The position numbers were made by a program, and so were the translations under genes. The notes under the pieces are model-generated. The model was not told where the DNA came from, did no database searches, and saw nothing but the letters and a program-made list of their open reading frames with translations. A stretch of 29,650 nt of DNA from Utricularia gibba (Eukaryota > Plantae > Magnoliophyta), in assembly GCA_002189035.1 (NCBI GenBank), contig NEEC01000361.1, positions 1 through 29,650 on the forward strand, written 5' to 3'. This document shows, piece after piece, positions 8,474 through 21,700 of this stretch. Every line of letters begins with the position of its first letter. The first letter of the stretch is position 1.

Positions 8474-11400
8474 ATGAGGAGGCGGTCTTGGGGCACTTGG
8501 AACCGGAAAAAGATCAGCTTAGGCCTTGGCCCAAAGTAAGTTGTAGCCCAACAAAGAAAGTGATGTATTTATTAACGTTCGGTTTCGGTGTTGCCTACAT
8601 GGTTTTTCAAGGAACAGCTTCTCGTTTTGTGGCGGCCAGTCTCTTGCTGGGAACTTGGTCCTTGACCCCCGATTCTGTATGGCCCATGAGGTCAACTGGA
8701 TGCAAATTGATTAAAAAAAATGATGCATTTGTTTAAATTATGATGTCACGTGCACCCCACATGATTTTTTTAACAACATACTTTATACATGAGGAGGCGG
8801 TCTTGGGGGCACTTGGAACCGAAAAAGATCAGCTTAGGCCTTGGCCCAAAGTAAGTTGTAGCCCCAAAGCAAAGAAAGTGATGTATTTATTAACGTTCGG
8901 TTTTCGGTGTTGCCTACATGGTTTTTCAAGGAACAGCTTCTCTTTTGTGGCGGCCAGTCTCGCTGGGAACTTGGTCCTTGACCCCCATTCTGTATGGCTC
9001 ATGAGGTCAACTGGATGCAAATCGATTAAAAAAAATGATGCATTTGTTTAAATTATGATGTCACGTGCACCCCACATGATTTTTTCACAACATACTTTAT
9101 ACATGAGGAGCGGTCTTGGGGGGCACTTGGAACGGAAAAAAAATCAGCTTAGGCCTTGGCCCAAAGTAAGTTGTAGTACGGCAAATAAAGTGATGTATTT
9201 ATTACGTTCGGTTTTCGGGGGCTGCCTACATGGTTTTTCAAGGAACGCTTCTCGTTTTGTGGCGGCCAGTCTCGCTGGGAACTTGGTCCTTGACCCCGAT
9301 TCTGTATGGCTCATGAGGTCAACTGGATGCAAATCGATTAAAAAAAATGATGCATTTGTTTAAATTACGATGTCACGTGCACCCCACATGATTTTTTTAA
9401 CAACATACTTTATACATGAGGAGGCGGTCTTGGGGGGCACTTGGAACCGGAAAAAGATCAGCTTAGGCCTTGGCCCAAAGTAAGTTGTAGCCGCAAAGAA
9501 AGTGATGTATTTATTAACGTTCGGTTTTCGGTGTTGCCTACATGGTTTTTCAAGGAACAGCTTCTCGTTTTGTGGCGGCCAGTCTTGCTGGGAACTTGTC
9601 CTTGACCCCGATTCTGTATGGCCATGAGGTCAACTGGATGCAAATTGATTAAAAAAATGATGCATTTGTTTAAATTATGATGTCACGTGCACCCCACATG
9701 ATTTTTTTAACAACATACTTTATACATGAGGAGGCGGTCTTGGGGGCACTTGGAACCGGAAAAAGATCAGCTTAGGCCTTGGCCCAAAGTAAGTTGTAGC
9801 CCAGCAAAGAAAGTGATGTATTTATTAACGTTCGGTTTTCGGTGTTGCCTACATGGTTTTTCAAGGAACAGCTTCTCGTTTTGTGGCGGCCAGTCTCGCT
9901 GGGAACTTGGTCCTTGACCCCGATTCTGTATGGCCCATGAGGTCAACTGGATGCAAATTGATTAAAAAAAATGATGCATTTGTTTAAATTATGATGTCAC
10001 GTGCACCCCACATGATTTTTTAACAACATACTTTATACATGAAGAGGCGGTCGGGGGGGCACTTGGAACCGGAAAAAGATCAGCTTAGGCCTTGGCCAAA
10101 GTAAGTTGTAGCCCAGCAAAGAAAGTGATGTATTTATTAACGTTCGGTTTTCGGTGTTGCCTACATGGTTTTTCAAGGAACAGCTTCTCGTTTTGTGGCG
10201 GCCAGTCTCGCTGGGAACTTGGTCCTTGACCCCGATTCTGTATGGCTCATGAGGTCAACTGGATGCAAATCGATTTAAAAAAATGATGCATTTGTTTAAA
10301 TTATGATGTCACGTGCACCCCACATGATTTTTTTAACAACATACTTTATACATGAGGAGCGGTCTTGGGGGGCACTTGGAACGGAAAAAGATCAGCTTAG
10401 GCCTTGGCCCAAAGTAAGTTGTAGCCGGCAAATAAAGTGATGTATTTATTATCGTTCGGTTTTCGGGGCTGCCTACATGGTTTTTCAAGGAACGCTTCTC
10501 GTTTTGTGGCGGCCAGTCTCGCTGGGAACTTGGTCCTTGACCCCATTCTGTATGGCTCATGAGGTCAACTGGATGCAAATCGATTAAAAAAAATGATGCA
10601 TTTGTTTAAATTATGATGTCACGTGCACCCACATGATTTTTTAACAACATACTTTATACATGAGGAGGCGGTCTTGGGGGGCACTTGGAACCGGAAAAAG
10701 ATCAGCTTAGGCCTTGGCCCAAAGTAAGTTGTAGCCGGCAAAGAAAGTGATGTATTTATTAACGTTCGGTTTTCGGTGTTGCCTACATGGTTTTTCAAGG
10801 AACAGCTTCTCGTTTTGTGGCGGCCAGTCTCGCTGGGAACTTGGTCCTTGACCCCGATTCTGTATGGCTCATGAGGTCAACTGGATGCAAATCGATTAAA
10901 AAAAATGATGCATTTGTTTAAATTATGATGTCACGTGCACCCCACATGATTTTTTTAACAACATACTTTATACATGAGAGGCGGTCTTGGGGGCACTTGG
11001 AACCGGAAAAAGATCAGCTTAGGCCTTGGCCCAAAGTAAGTTGTAGCCCGGCAAAAGAAAGTGATGTATTTATTATCGTTCGGTTTTCGGGGGCTGCCTA
11101 CATGGTTTTTCAAGGAACGCTTCTCGTTTTGTGGCGGCCAGTCTCGCTGGGAACTTGGTCCTTGACCCCGATTCTGTATGGCTCATGAGGTCAACTGGAT
11201 GCAAATCGATTAAAAAAAATGATGCATTTGTTTAAATTATGATGTCACGTGCACCCCACATGATTTTTTTAACAACATACTTTATACATGAGGAGGCGGT
11301 CTTGGGGGGCACTTGGAACCGGAAAAAGATCAGCTTAGGCCTTGGCCCAAAGTAAGTTGTAGCCCAGCAAAGAAAGTGATGTATTTATTAACGTTCGGTT

Positions 11401-11912
11401 TTCGGTGTTGCCTACATGGTTTTTCAAGGAACAGCTTCTCGTTTTGTGGCGGCCAGTCTCGCTGGAACTTGGTCCTTGACCCGATTCTGTATGGCTCATG
11501 AGGTCAACTGGATGCAAATCGATTAAAAAAAATGATGCATTTGTTTAAATTATGATGTCACGTGCACCCCACATGATTTTTTTAACAACATACTTTATAC
11601 ATGAGGAGGCGGTCTTGGGGGGCACTTGGAACCGGAAAAAGATCAGCTTAGGCCTTGGCCCAAAGTAAGTTGTAGCCGGCAAAGAAAGTGATGTATTTAT
11701 TAACGTTCGGTTTTCGGTGTTGCCTACATGGTTTTTCAAGGAACGCTTCTCGTTTTGTGGCGGCCAGTCTCGCTGGGAACTTGGTCCTTGACCCCGATTC
11801 TGTATGGCTCATGAGGTCAACTGGATGCAAATCGATTAAAAAAAATGATGCATTTGTTTAAATTATGATGTCACGTGCACCCCACATGATTTTTTAACAA
11901 CATACTTTATAC

Positions 11913-12825
11913 ATGAGGAGGCGGTCTTGGGGGCACTTGGAACCGGAAAAAGATCAGCTTAGGCCTTGGCCCAAAGTAAGTTGTAGCCGGCAAATAAAGT
12001 GATGTATTTATTATCGTTCGGTTTTCGGGGCTGCCTACATGGTTTTTCAAGGAACCGCTTCTCGTTTTGTGGCGGCCAGTCTCGCTGGGAACTTGGTCCT
12101 TGACCCCGATTCTGTATGGCTCATGAGGTCAACTGGATGCAAATCGATTAAAAAATGATGCATTTGTTTAAATTGCGATGTCACGTGCACCCACATGATT
12201 TTTTAACAACTTACTTTATACATGAGGCGGTCTTTGGGGCACTTGGAACGGAAAAAGGTCAGCTTAGGCTTGCCAAAGTAAGTTGTAGTCGGCAAATAAA
12301 GTGATGTATTTATTATCGTTCGGTTTTCGGGGGCTGCCTACATGGTTTTTCAAGGAACCGCTTCTCGTTTTGTGGCGGCCAGTCTCGCTGGGAACTTGGT
12401 CCTTGACCCCGATTCTGTATGGCTCATGAGGTCAACTGGATGCAAATCGATTAAAAAAAATGATGCATTTTTTTAAATTATGATGTCACGTGCACCCACA
12501 TGATTTTTTCAAACATACTTTATACATGAGGAGGGTCTTGGGGGGGGAACCGGAAAAAGTCAGCTTAGGCTTGGCCAAAGTAAGTTGTAGCCCGGCAAAG
12601 AAAGTGATGTATTTATTAACGTTCGGTTTCGGGGCTGCCTACATGGTTTTTCAAGGAAGCTTCTCGTTTTGTGGCGGCCAGTCTCGCTGGGAACTTGGTC
12701 CTTGACCCCGATTCTGTATGGCTCATGAGGTCAACTGGATGCAAATGATTAAAAAAAATGATGCATTTGTTTAAATTATGATGTCACGTGCACCCACATG
12801 ATTTTTTTAACAACATACTTTATAC
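11913..12825. repeat. B-C-D cassette, blurred copy
   Basis: Short monomers (304 and 300 bp) keep partial C/D markers (AAATTGCG, AACAACTTAC, GCATTTTTTT, TTTTCAAAC, GGGGGGGAACCGG) mixed with consensus bases. Confidence 0.65.
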
Positions 12826-14700
12826 ATGAGGAGGCGGTCTTGGGGGGCACTTGGAACCGGAAAAGATCAGCTTAGGCCTTGGCCCAAAGTAAGTTGTAGC
12901 CCAGCAAAGAAAGTGATGTATTTATTAACGTTCGGTTTTCGGTGTTGCCTACATGGTTTTTCAAGGAACAGCTTCTCGTTTTGTGGCGGCCAGTCTCGCT
13001 GGGAACTTGGTCCTTGACCCCGATTCTGTATGGCTCATGAGGTCAACTGGATGCAAATCGATTAAAAAAAATGATGCATTTGTTTAAATTATGATGTCAC
13101 GTGCACCCCACATGATTTTTTTAACAACATACTTTATACATGAGGAGGCGGTCTTGGGGGCACTTGGAACGGAAAAAGTCAGCTTAGGCCTTGGCCCAAA
13201 GTAAGTTGTAGTCCGGCAAATAAAGTGATGTATTTATTATCGTTCGGTTTTCGGGGGCTGCCTACATGGTTTTTCAAGGAACGCTTCTCGTTTTGTGGCG
13301 GCCAGTCTCGCTGGGAACTTGGTCCTTGACCCGATTCTGTATGGCTCATGAGGTCAACTGGATGCAAATCGATTAAAAAAAATGATGCATTTGTTTAAAT
13401 TATGATGTCACGTGCACCCCCACATGATTTTTTTAACAACATACTTTATACATGAGGAGGCGGTCTTGGGGGCACTTGGAACCGGAAAAAGATCAGCTTA
13501 GGCCTTGGCCAAAGTAAGTTGTAGCCGGCAAAGAAAGTGATGTATTTATTAACGTTCGGTTTTCGGTGTTGCCTACATGGTTTTTCAAGGAACGCTTCTC
13601 GTTTTGTGGCGGCCAGTCTCGCTGGGAACTTGGTCCTTGACCCCGATTCTGTATGGCTCATGAGGTCAACTGGATGCAAATCGATTAAAAAAAATGATGC
13701 ATTTGTTTAAATTATGATGTCACGTGCACCCACATGATTTTTTTAACAACATACTTTATACATGAGGAGGCGGTCTTGGGGGCACTTGGAACCGGAAAAA
13801 GATCAGCTTAGGCCTTGGCCCAAAGTAAGTTGTAGTCCCAGCAAAGAAAGTGATGTATTTATTACGTTCGGTTTTCGGTGTTGCCTACATGGTTTTTCAA
13901 GGAACGCTTCTCGTTTTGTGGCGGCCAGTCTCGCTGGGAACTTGGTCCTTGACCCCGATTCTGTATGGCTCATGAGGTCAACTGGATGCAAATCGATTAA
14001 AAAAAATGATGCATTTGTTTAAATTATGATGTCACGTGCACCCCACATGATTTTTTTAACAACATACTTTATACATGAGGAGGCGGTCTTGGGGGCACTT
14101 GGAACCGGAAAAAGATCAGCTTAGGCCTTGGCCCAAAGTAAGTTGTAGCCCGGCAAAGAAAGTGATGTATTTATTAACGTTCGGTTTTCGGTGTTGCCTA
14201 CATGGTTTTTCAAGGAACGCTTCTCGTTTTGTGGCGGCCAGTCTTGCTGGGAACTTGGTCCTTGACCCCGATTCTGTATGGCCCATGAGGTCAACTGGAT
14301 GCAAATTGATTAAAAAAAATGATGCATTTGTTTAAATTATGATGTCACGTGCACCCCACATGATTTTTTTAACAACATACTTTATACATGAGGAGGCGGT
14401 CTTTGGGGGCACTTGGAACGGAAAAAGATCAGCTTAGGCCTTGGCCCAAAGTAAGTTGTAGCCCAGCAAAGAAAGTGATGTATTTATTAACGTTCGGTTT
14501 TCGGTGTTGCCTACATGGTTTTTCAAGGAACAGCTTCTCGTTTTGTGGCGGCCAGTCTCGCTGGGAACTTGGTCCTTGACCCCATTCTGTATGGCTCATG
14601 AGGTCAACTGGATGCAAATCGATTAAAAAAAATGATGCATTTGTTTAAATTATGATGTCACGTGCACCCCACATGATTTTTTTAACAACATACTTTATAC

Positions 14701-15612
14701 ATGAGGAGGCGGTCTTGGGGGCACTTGGAACCGGAAAAAGATCAGCTTAGGCCTTGGCCCAAAGTAAGTTGTAGTCCGGCAAATAAAGTGATGTATTTAT
14801 TATCGTTCGGTTTTCGGGGGCTGCCTACATGGTTTTTCAAGGAACCGCTTCTCGTTTTGTGGCGGCCAGTCTCGCTGGAACTTGGTCCTTGACCCCATTC
14901 TGTATGGCTCATGAGGTCAACTGGATGCAAATCGAAAAAATGATGCATTTGTTTAAATTGCGATGTCACGTGCACCCACATGATTTTTTAACAACATACT
15001 TTATACATAGGTCTTTGGGGCACTTGGAACGGAAAAGGTCAGCTTAGGCTTGCCCAAAGTTAGTTGTAGTCCGGCAAATAAAGTGATGTATTTATTATCG
15101 TTCGGTTTTCGGGGCTGCCTACATGGTTTTTCAAGGAACCGCTTCTCGTTTTTGGCGGCCAGTCTCGCTGGGAACTTGGTCCTTGACCCCGATTCTGTAT
15201 GGCTCATGAGGTCAACTGGATGCAAATCGATTAAAAAAAATGATGCATTTTTTTAAATTACGATGTCACGTGCACCCACATGATTTTTTCAAACATACTT
15301 TATACCAGGAGGCGGTCTTGGGGGGGGAGGAACCGGAAAAAGTCAGCTTAGGCCTTGGGCCAAAGTAAGTTGTAGCCCGGCAATAAAGTGATGTATTTAT
15401 TAACGTTCGGTTTTCGGGGCTGCCTACATGGTTTTTCAAGGAACCGCTTCTCGTTTTGTGGCGGCCAGTCTCGCTGGGAACTTGGTCCTTGACCCCGATT
15501 CTGTATGGCCCATGAGGTCAACTGGATGCAAATCGATTAAAAAAAATGATGCATTTGTTTAAATTATGATGTCACGTGCACCCACATGATTTTTTAACAA
15601 CATACTTTATAC
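14701..15612. repeat. B-C-D cassette, blurred copy
   Basis: Monomers of about 299 and 307 bp with partial markers (AAATTGCG, GGCTTGCCC, GTTAGTTG, TTTTCAAAC, GGGGGGAGGAACC). Confidence 0.65.
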
Positions 15613-17802
15613 ATGAGGAGGCGGTCTTGGGGGGCACTTGGAACCGGAAAAAGATCAGCTTAGGCCTTGGCCCAAAGTAAGTTGTAGCCCAAAAGAAAGT
15701 GATGTATTTATTAACGTTCGGTTTTCGGTTTGCCTACATGGTTTTTCAAGGAACAGCTTCTCGTTTTGTGGCGGCCAGTCTGCTGGGAACTTGGTCCTTG
15801 ACCCCGATTCTGTATGGCCCATGAGGTCAACTGGATGCAAATTGATTAAAAAAAATGATGCATTTGTTTAAATTATGATGTCACGTGCACCCACATGATT
15901 TTTTTTAACAACATACTTTATACATGAGGAGGCGGTCTTGGGGGGCACTTGGAACCGGAAAAAGATCAGCTTAGGCCTTGGCCCAAAGTAAGTTGTAGCC
16001 CAGCAAAGAAAGTGATGTATTTATTAACGTTCGGTTTTCGGTGTTGCCTACATGGTTTTTCAAGGAACAGCTTCTCGTTTTGTGGCGGCCAGTCTCGCTG
16101 GGAACTTGGTCCTTGACCCCCATTCTGTATGGCTCATGAGGTCAACTGGATGCAAATCGATTAAAAAAAATGATGCATTTGTTTAAATTATGATGTCACG
16201 TGCACCCCACATGATTTTTTCACAACATACTTTATACATGAGGAGGCGGTCTTGGGGGCACTTGGAACCGGAAAAAGGTCAGCTTAGGCCTTGGCCCAAA
16301 GTAAGTTGTAGTGGCAAATAAAGTGATGTATTTATTATCGTTCGGTTTTCGGGGGCTGCCTACATGGTTTTTCAAGGAACGCTTCTCGTTTTGTGGCGGC
16401 CAGTCTCGCTGGGAACTTGGTCCTTGACCCCGATTCTGTATGGCTCATGAGGTCAACTGGATGCAAATCGATTAAAAAAAATGATGCATTTGTTTAAATT
16501 ATGATGTCACGTGCACCCCACATGATTTTTTTAACAACATACTTTATACATGAGGAGGCGGTCTTGGGGGGCACTTGGAACCGGAAAAAGATCAGCTTAG
16601 GCCTTGGCCCAAAGTAAGTTGTAGCCCAGCAAAGAAAGTGATGTATTTATTAACGTTCGGTTTTCGGTGTTGCCTACATGGTTTTTCAAGGAACAGCTTC
16701 TCGTTTTGTGGCGGCCAGTCTGCTGGGAACTTGGTCCTTGACCCCGATTCTGTATGGCCATGAGGTCAACTGGATGCAAATGATTAAAAAAATGATGCAT
16801 TTGTTTAAATTATGATGTCACGTGCACCCACATGATTTTTTTTAACAACATACTTTATACATGAGGAGGCGGTCTTGGGGGGCACTTGGAACGGAAAAAA
16901 ATCAGCTTAGGCCTTGGCCCAAAGTAAGTTGTAGCCCGGCAAAAAGTGATGTATTTATTACGTTCGGTTTTCGGGGGCTGCCTACATGGTTTTTCAAGGA
17001 ACAGCTTCTCGTTTTGTGGCGGCCAGTCTCGCTGGGAACTTGGTCCTTGACCCCGATTCTGTATGGCTCATGAGGTCAACTGGATGCAAATCGATTAAAA
17101 AAAATGATGCATTTGTTTAAATTACGATGTCACGTGCACCCACATGATTTTTTTAACAACATACTTTATACATGAGGAGGCGGTCTTGGGGGCACTTGGA
17201 ACCGGAAAAAGATCAGCTTAGGCCTTGGCCCAAAGTAAGTTGTAGCCCAGCAAAGAAAGTGATGTATTTATTAACGTTCGGTTTTCGGTGTTGCCTACAT
17301 GGTTTTTCAAGGAACAGCTTCTCGTTTTGTGGCGGCCAGTCTTGCTGGGAACTTGGTCCTTGACCCCGATTCTGTATGGCCCATGAGGTCAACTGGATGC
17401 AAATTGATTAAAAAAAATGATGCATTTGTTTAAATTATGATGTCACGTGCACCCCACATGATTTTTTTAACAACATACTTTATACATGAGGAGGCGGTCT
17501 TGGGGGGCACTTGGAACCGGAAAAAGATCAGCTTAGGCCTTGGCCCAAAGTAAGTTGTGTAGCCCAGCAAAGAAAGTGATGTATTTATTAACGTTCGGTT
17601 TTCGGTGTTGCCTACATGGTTTTTCAAGGAACAGCTTCTCATTTTGTGGCGGCCAGTCTCGCTGGGAACTTGGTCCTTGACCCCATTCTGTATGGCTCAT
17701 GAGGTCAACTGGATGCAAATCGATTAAAAAAAATGATGCACTTGTTTAAATTATGATGTCACGTGCACCCCACATGATTTTTTTTAACAACATACTTTAT
17801 AC

Positions 17803-18730
17803 ATGAGGAGGCGGTCTTGGGGGCACTTGGAACCGGAAAAAGATCAGCTTAGGCCTTGGCCCAAAGTAAGTTGTAGTCCGGCAAATAAAGTGATGTATTT
17901 ATTGTCGTTCGGTTTTCGGGGCTGCCTACATGGTTTTTCAAGGAACCGCTTCTCGTTTTGTGGCGGCCAGTCTCGCTGGGAACTTGGTCCTTGACCCCCA
18001 TTCTGTATGGCTCATGAGGTCAACTGGATGTAAATCGATGAATAAATGTTGCATTTGTTTAAATTGCGATATCACGTGCACCTCACATGATTTTTTCAAC
18101 AACTTACTTTATAAGCGGTCTTTGGGGCACGTGGAACGGACAAAGTAAGTTTGGCTTGCCCGAGAGTTAGTTGTAGTCTGGCAAATAAAGTGATGTATTT
18201 ATTATCGTTCGGTTTTCGGGGGCTGCCTACATGGTTTTTCAAGGAACCGCTTCTCGTTTTGTGGCGGCCAGTCTCGCTGGGAACTTGGTCCTTGACCCCG
18301 ATTCTGTATGGCTCATGAGGTCAACCGGATGCAAATCGATTAAAAAAAATGATGCATTTTTTTAAATTACGATATCACGAGCACCCCACATGATTTTTTC
18401 AAACTCTTACTTTATACTTCAGGAGGTGGTCTTGGGGGGAAGAGGAACCGGACAAAAGTCAGCTTAGGCTTGGGCCAAAGTAAGTTGTAGGCCGGCAATG
18501 AAAGTGATGTATTTATTAACGTTCGGTTTTCGGGGGCTGCCTACATGGTTTTTCAAGGAACCGCTTCTCGTTTTGTGGCGGCCAGTCTTGCTGGGAACTT
18601 GGTCCTTGACCCCGATTCTGTATGGCCCATGAGGTCAACTAGATGCAAATTGATTAAAAAAATGATGCATTTGTTTAAATTATGATGTCACGTGCACCCC
18701 ACATGATTTTTTTAACAACATACTTTATAC
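17803..18730. repeat. B*-C-D cassette
   Basis: B* with TTATTGTCG and the GATGTAAATCGATGAAT tail, C head CACGTGGAACGGACAAAG...CCGAGAGTTAG, D head CTTCAGGAGGTGG. Confidence 0.9.
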
Positions 18731-21700
18731 ATGAGGAGGCGGTCTTGGGGGGCACTTGGAACCGGAAAAAGATCAGCTTAGGCCTTGGCCCAAAGTAAGT
18801 TGTAGCCACAAAGAAAGTGATGTATTTATTAACGTTCGGTTTTCGGTGTTGCCTACATGGTTTTTCAAGGAACAGCTTCTCGTTTTGTGGCGGCCAGTCT
18901 TGCTGGGAACTTGGTCCTTGACCCCGATTCTGTATGGCCCATGAGGTCAACTGGATGCAAATTGATTAAAAAAAATGATGCATTTGTTTAAATTATGATG
19001 TCACGTGCACCCCACATGATTTTTTTAACAACATACTTTTATACATGAGGAGGCGGTCTTGGGGGGCACTTGGAACCGGAAAAAGATCAGCTTAGGCCTT
19101 GGCCCAAAGTAAGTTGTAGCCCAGCAAAGAAGTGATGTATTTATTAACGTTCGGTTTTCGGTGTTGCCTACATGGTTTTTCAAGGAACAGCTTCTCGTTT
19201 TGTGGCGGCCAGTCTTGCTGGGAACTTGGTCCTTGACCCCGATTCTGTATGGCCCATGAGGTCAACTGGATGCAAATTGATTAAAAAAAATGATGCATTT
19301 GTTTAAATTATGATGTCACGTGCACCCCACATGATTTTTTTAACAACATACTTTATACATGAGGAGGCGGTCTTGGGGGCACTTGGAACCGGAAAAAGAT
19401 CAGCTTAGGCCTTGGCCCAAAGTAAGTTGTAGCCCAGCAAAGAAAGTGATGTATTTATTAACGTTCGGTTTTCGGTGTTGCCTACATGGTTTTTCAAGGA
19501 ACAGCTTCTCGTTTTGTGGCGGCCAGTCTTGCTGGGAACTTGGTCCTTGACCCCGATTCTGTATGGCCCATGAGGTCAACTGGATGCAAATTGATTAAAA
19601 AAAATGATGCATTTGTTTAAATTATGATGTCACGTGCACCCCACATGATTTTTTTAACAACATACTTTATACATGAGGAGGCGGTCTTGGGGGGCACTTG
19701 GAACCGGAAAAAGATCAGCTTAGGCCTTGGCCCAAAGTAAGTTGTAGCCAACAAAGAAAGTGATGTATTTATTAACGTTCGGTTTTCGGTGTTGCCTACA
19801 TGGTTTTTCAAGGAAACGCTTCTCGTTTTGTGGCGGCCAGTCTCGCTGGGAACTTGGTCCTTGACCCCGATTCTGTATGGCCCATGAGGTCAACTGGATG
19901 CAAATTGATTAAAAAAAATGATGCATTTGTTTAAATTATGATGTCACGTGCACCCCACATGATTTTTTTAACAACATACTTTATACATGAGGAGGCGGTC
20001 TTGGGGGCACTTGGAACCGGAAAAAGATCAGCTTAGGCCTTGGCCCAAAGTAAGTTGTAGTCCGGCAAAAAAGTGATGTATTTATTATCGTTCGGTTTTA
20101 GGTTGCCTACATGGTTTTTCAAGGAACCGCTTCTCGTTTTGTGGCGGCCAGTCTCGCTGGGAACTTGGTCCTTGACCCGATTCTGTATGGCTCATGAGGT
20201 CAACTGGATGCAAATCGATTAAAAAAAATGATGCATTTGTTTAAATTATGATGTCACGTGCACCCCACATGATTTTTTTAACAACATACTTTATACATGA
20301 GGAGGCGGTCTTGGGGGCACTTGGAACCGGAAAAAGATCAGCTTAGGCCTTGGCCCAAAGTAAGTTGTAGCCCAGCAAAGAAAGTGATGTATTTATTAAC
20401 GTTCGGTTTTCGGGGCTGCCTACATGGTTTTTCAAGGAACCGCTTCTCGTTTTGTGGCGGCCAGTCTCGCTGGGAACTTGGTCCTTGACCCCGATTCTGT
20501 ATGGCTCATGAGGTCAACTGGATGCAAATCGATTAAAAAAAATGATGCATTTGTTTAAATTATGATGTCACGTGCACCCACATGATTTTTTTTAACAACA
20601 TACTTTATACATGAGGAGGCGGTCTTGGGGGCACTTGGAACCGGAAAAAAGATCAGCTTAGGCCTTGGCCCAAAGTAAGTTGTAGCCCAAAGAAAGTGAT
20701 GTATTTTTATTACGTTCGGTTTTCGGTGTTGCCTACATGGTTTTTCAAGGAACAGCTTCTCGTTTTGTGGCGGCCAGTCTCGCTGGGAACTTGGTCCTTG
20801 ACCCCGATTCTGTATGGCTCATGAGGTCAACTGGATGCAAATTGATTAAAAAAAATGATGCATTTGTTTAAATTATGATGTCACGTGCACCCACATGATT
20901 TTTTTAACAACATACTTTATACATGAGGAGGCGGTCTTGGGGGCACTTGGAACCGGAAAAAGATCAGCTTAGGCCTTGGCCCAAAGTAAGTTGTAGCCCA
21001 GCAAAGAAAGTGATGTATTTATTAACGTTCGGTTTTCGGTTTGCCTACATGGTTTTTCAAGGAACAGCTTCTCGTTTTGTGGCGGCCAGTCTCGCTGGGA
21101 ACTTGGTCCTTGACCCCATTCTGTATGGCTCATGAGGTCAACTGGATGCAAATCGATTAAAAAAATGATGCATTGTTTAAATTATGATGTCACGTGCACC
21201 CACATGATTTTTTTCACAACATACTTTATACATGAGGAGGCGTCTTGGGGGGCACTTGGAACGGAAAAAGGTCAGCTTAGGCCTTGGCCCAAAGTAAGTT
21301 GTAGTACGGCAAATAAAGTGATGTATTTATTATCGTTCGGTTTTCGGGGGCTGCCTACATGGTTTTTCAAGGAACTGCTTCTCGTTTTGTGGCGGCCAGT
21401 CTCGCTGGGAACTTGGTCCTTGACCAATTCTGTATGGCTCATGAGGTCAACTGGATGCAAATCGATTAAAAAAAATGATGCATTTGTTTAAATTACGATG
21501 TCACGTTCACCCACATGATTTTTTAACAACATACTTTATACATGAGGAGGCGGTCTTGGGGGCACTTGGAACCGGAAAAAGATCAGCTTAGGCCTTGGCC
21601 CAAAGTAAGTTGTAGCCCGGCAAAGAAAGTGATGTATTTATTAACGTTCGGTTTTCGGTGTTGCCTACATGGTTTTTCAAGGAACAGCTTCTCGTTTTGT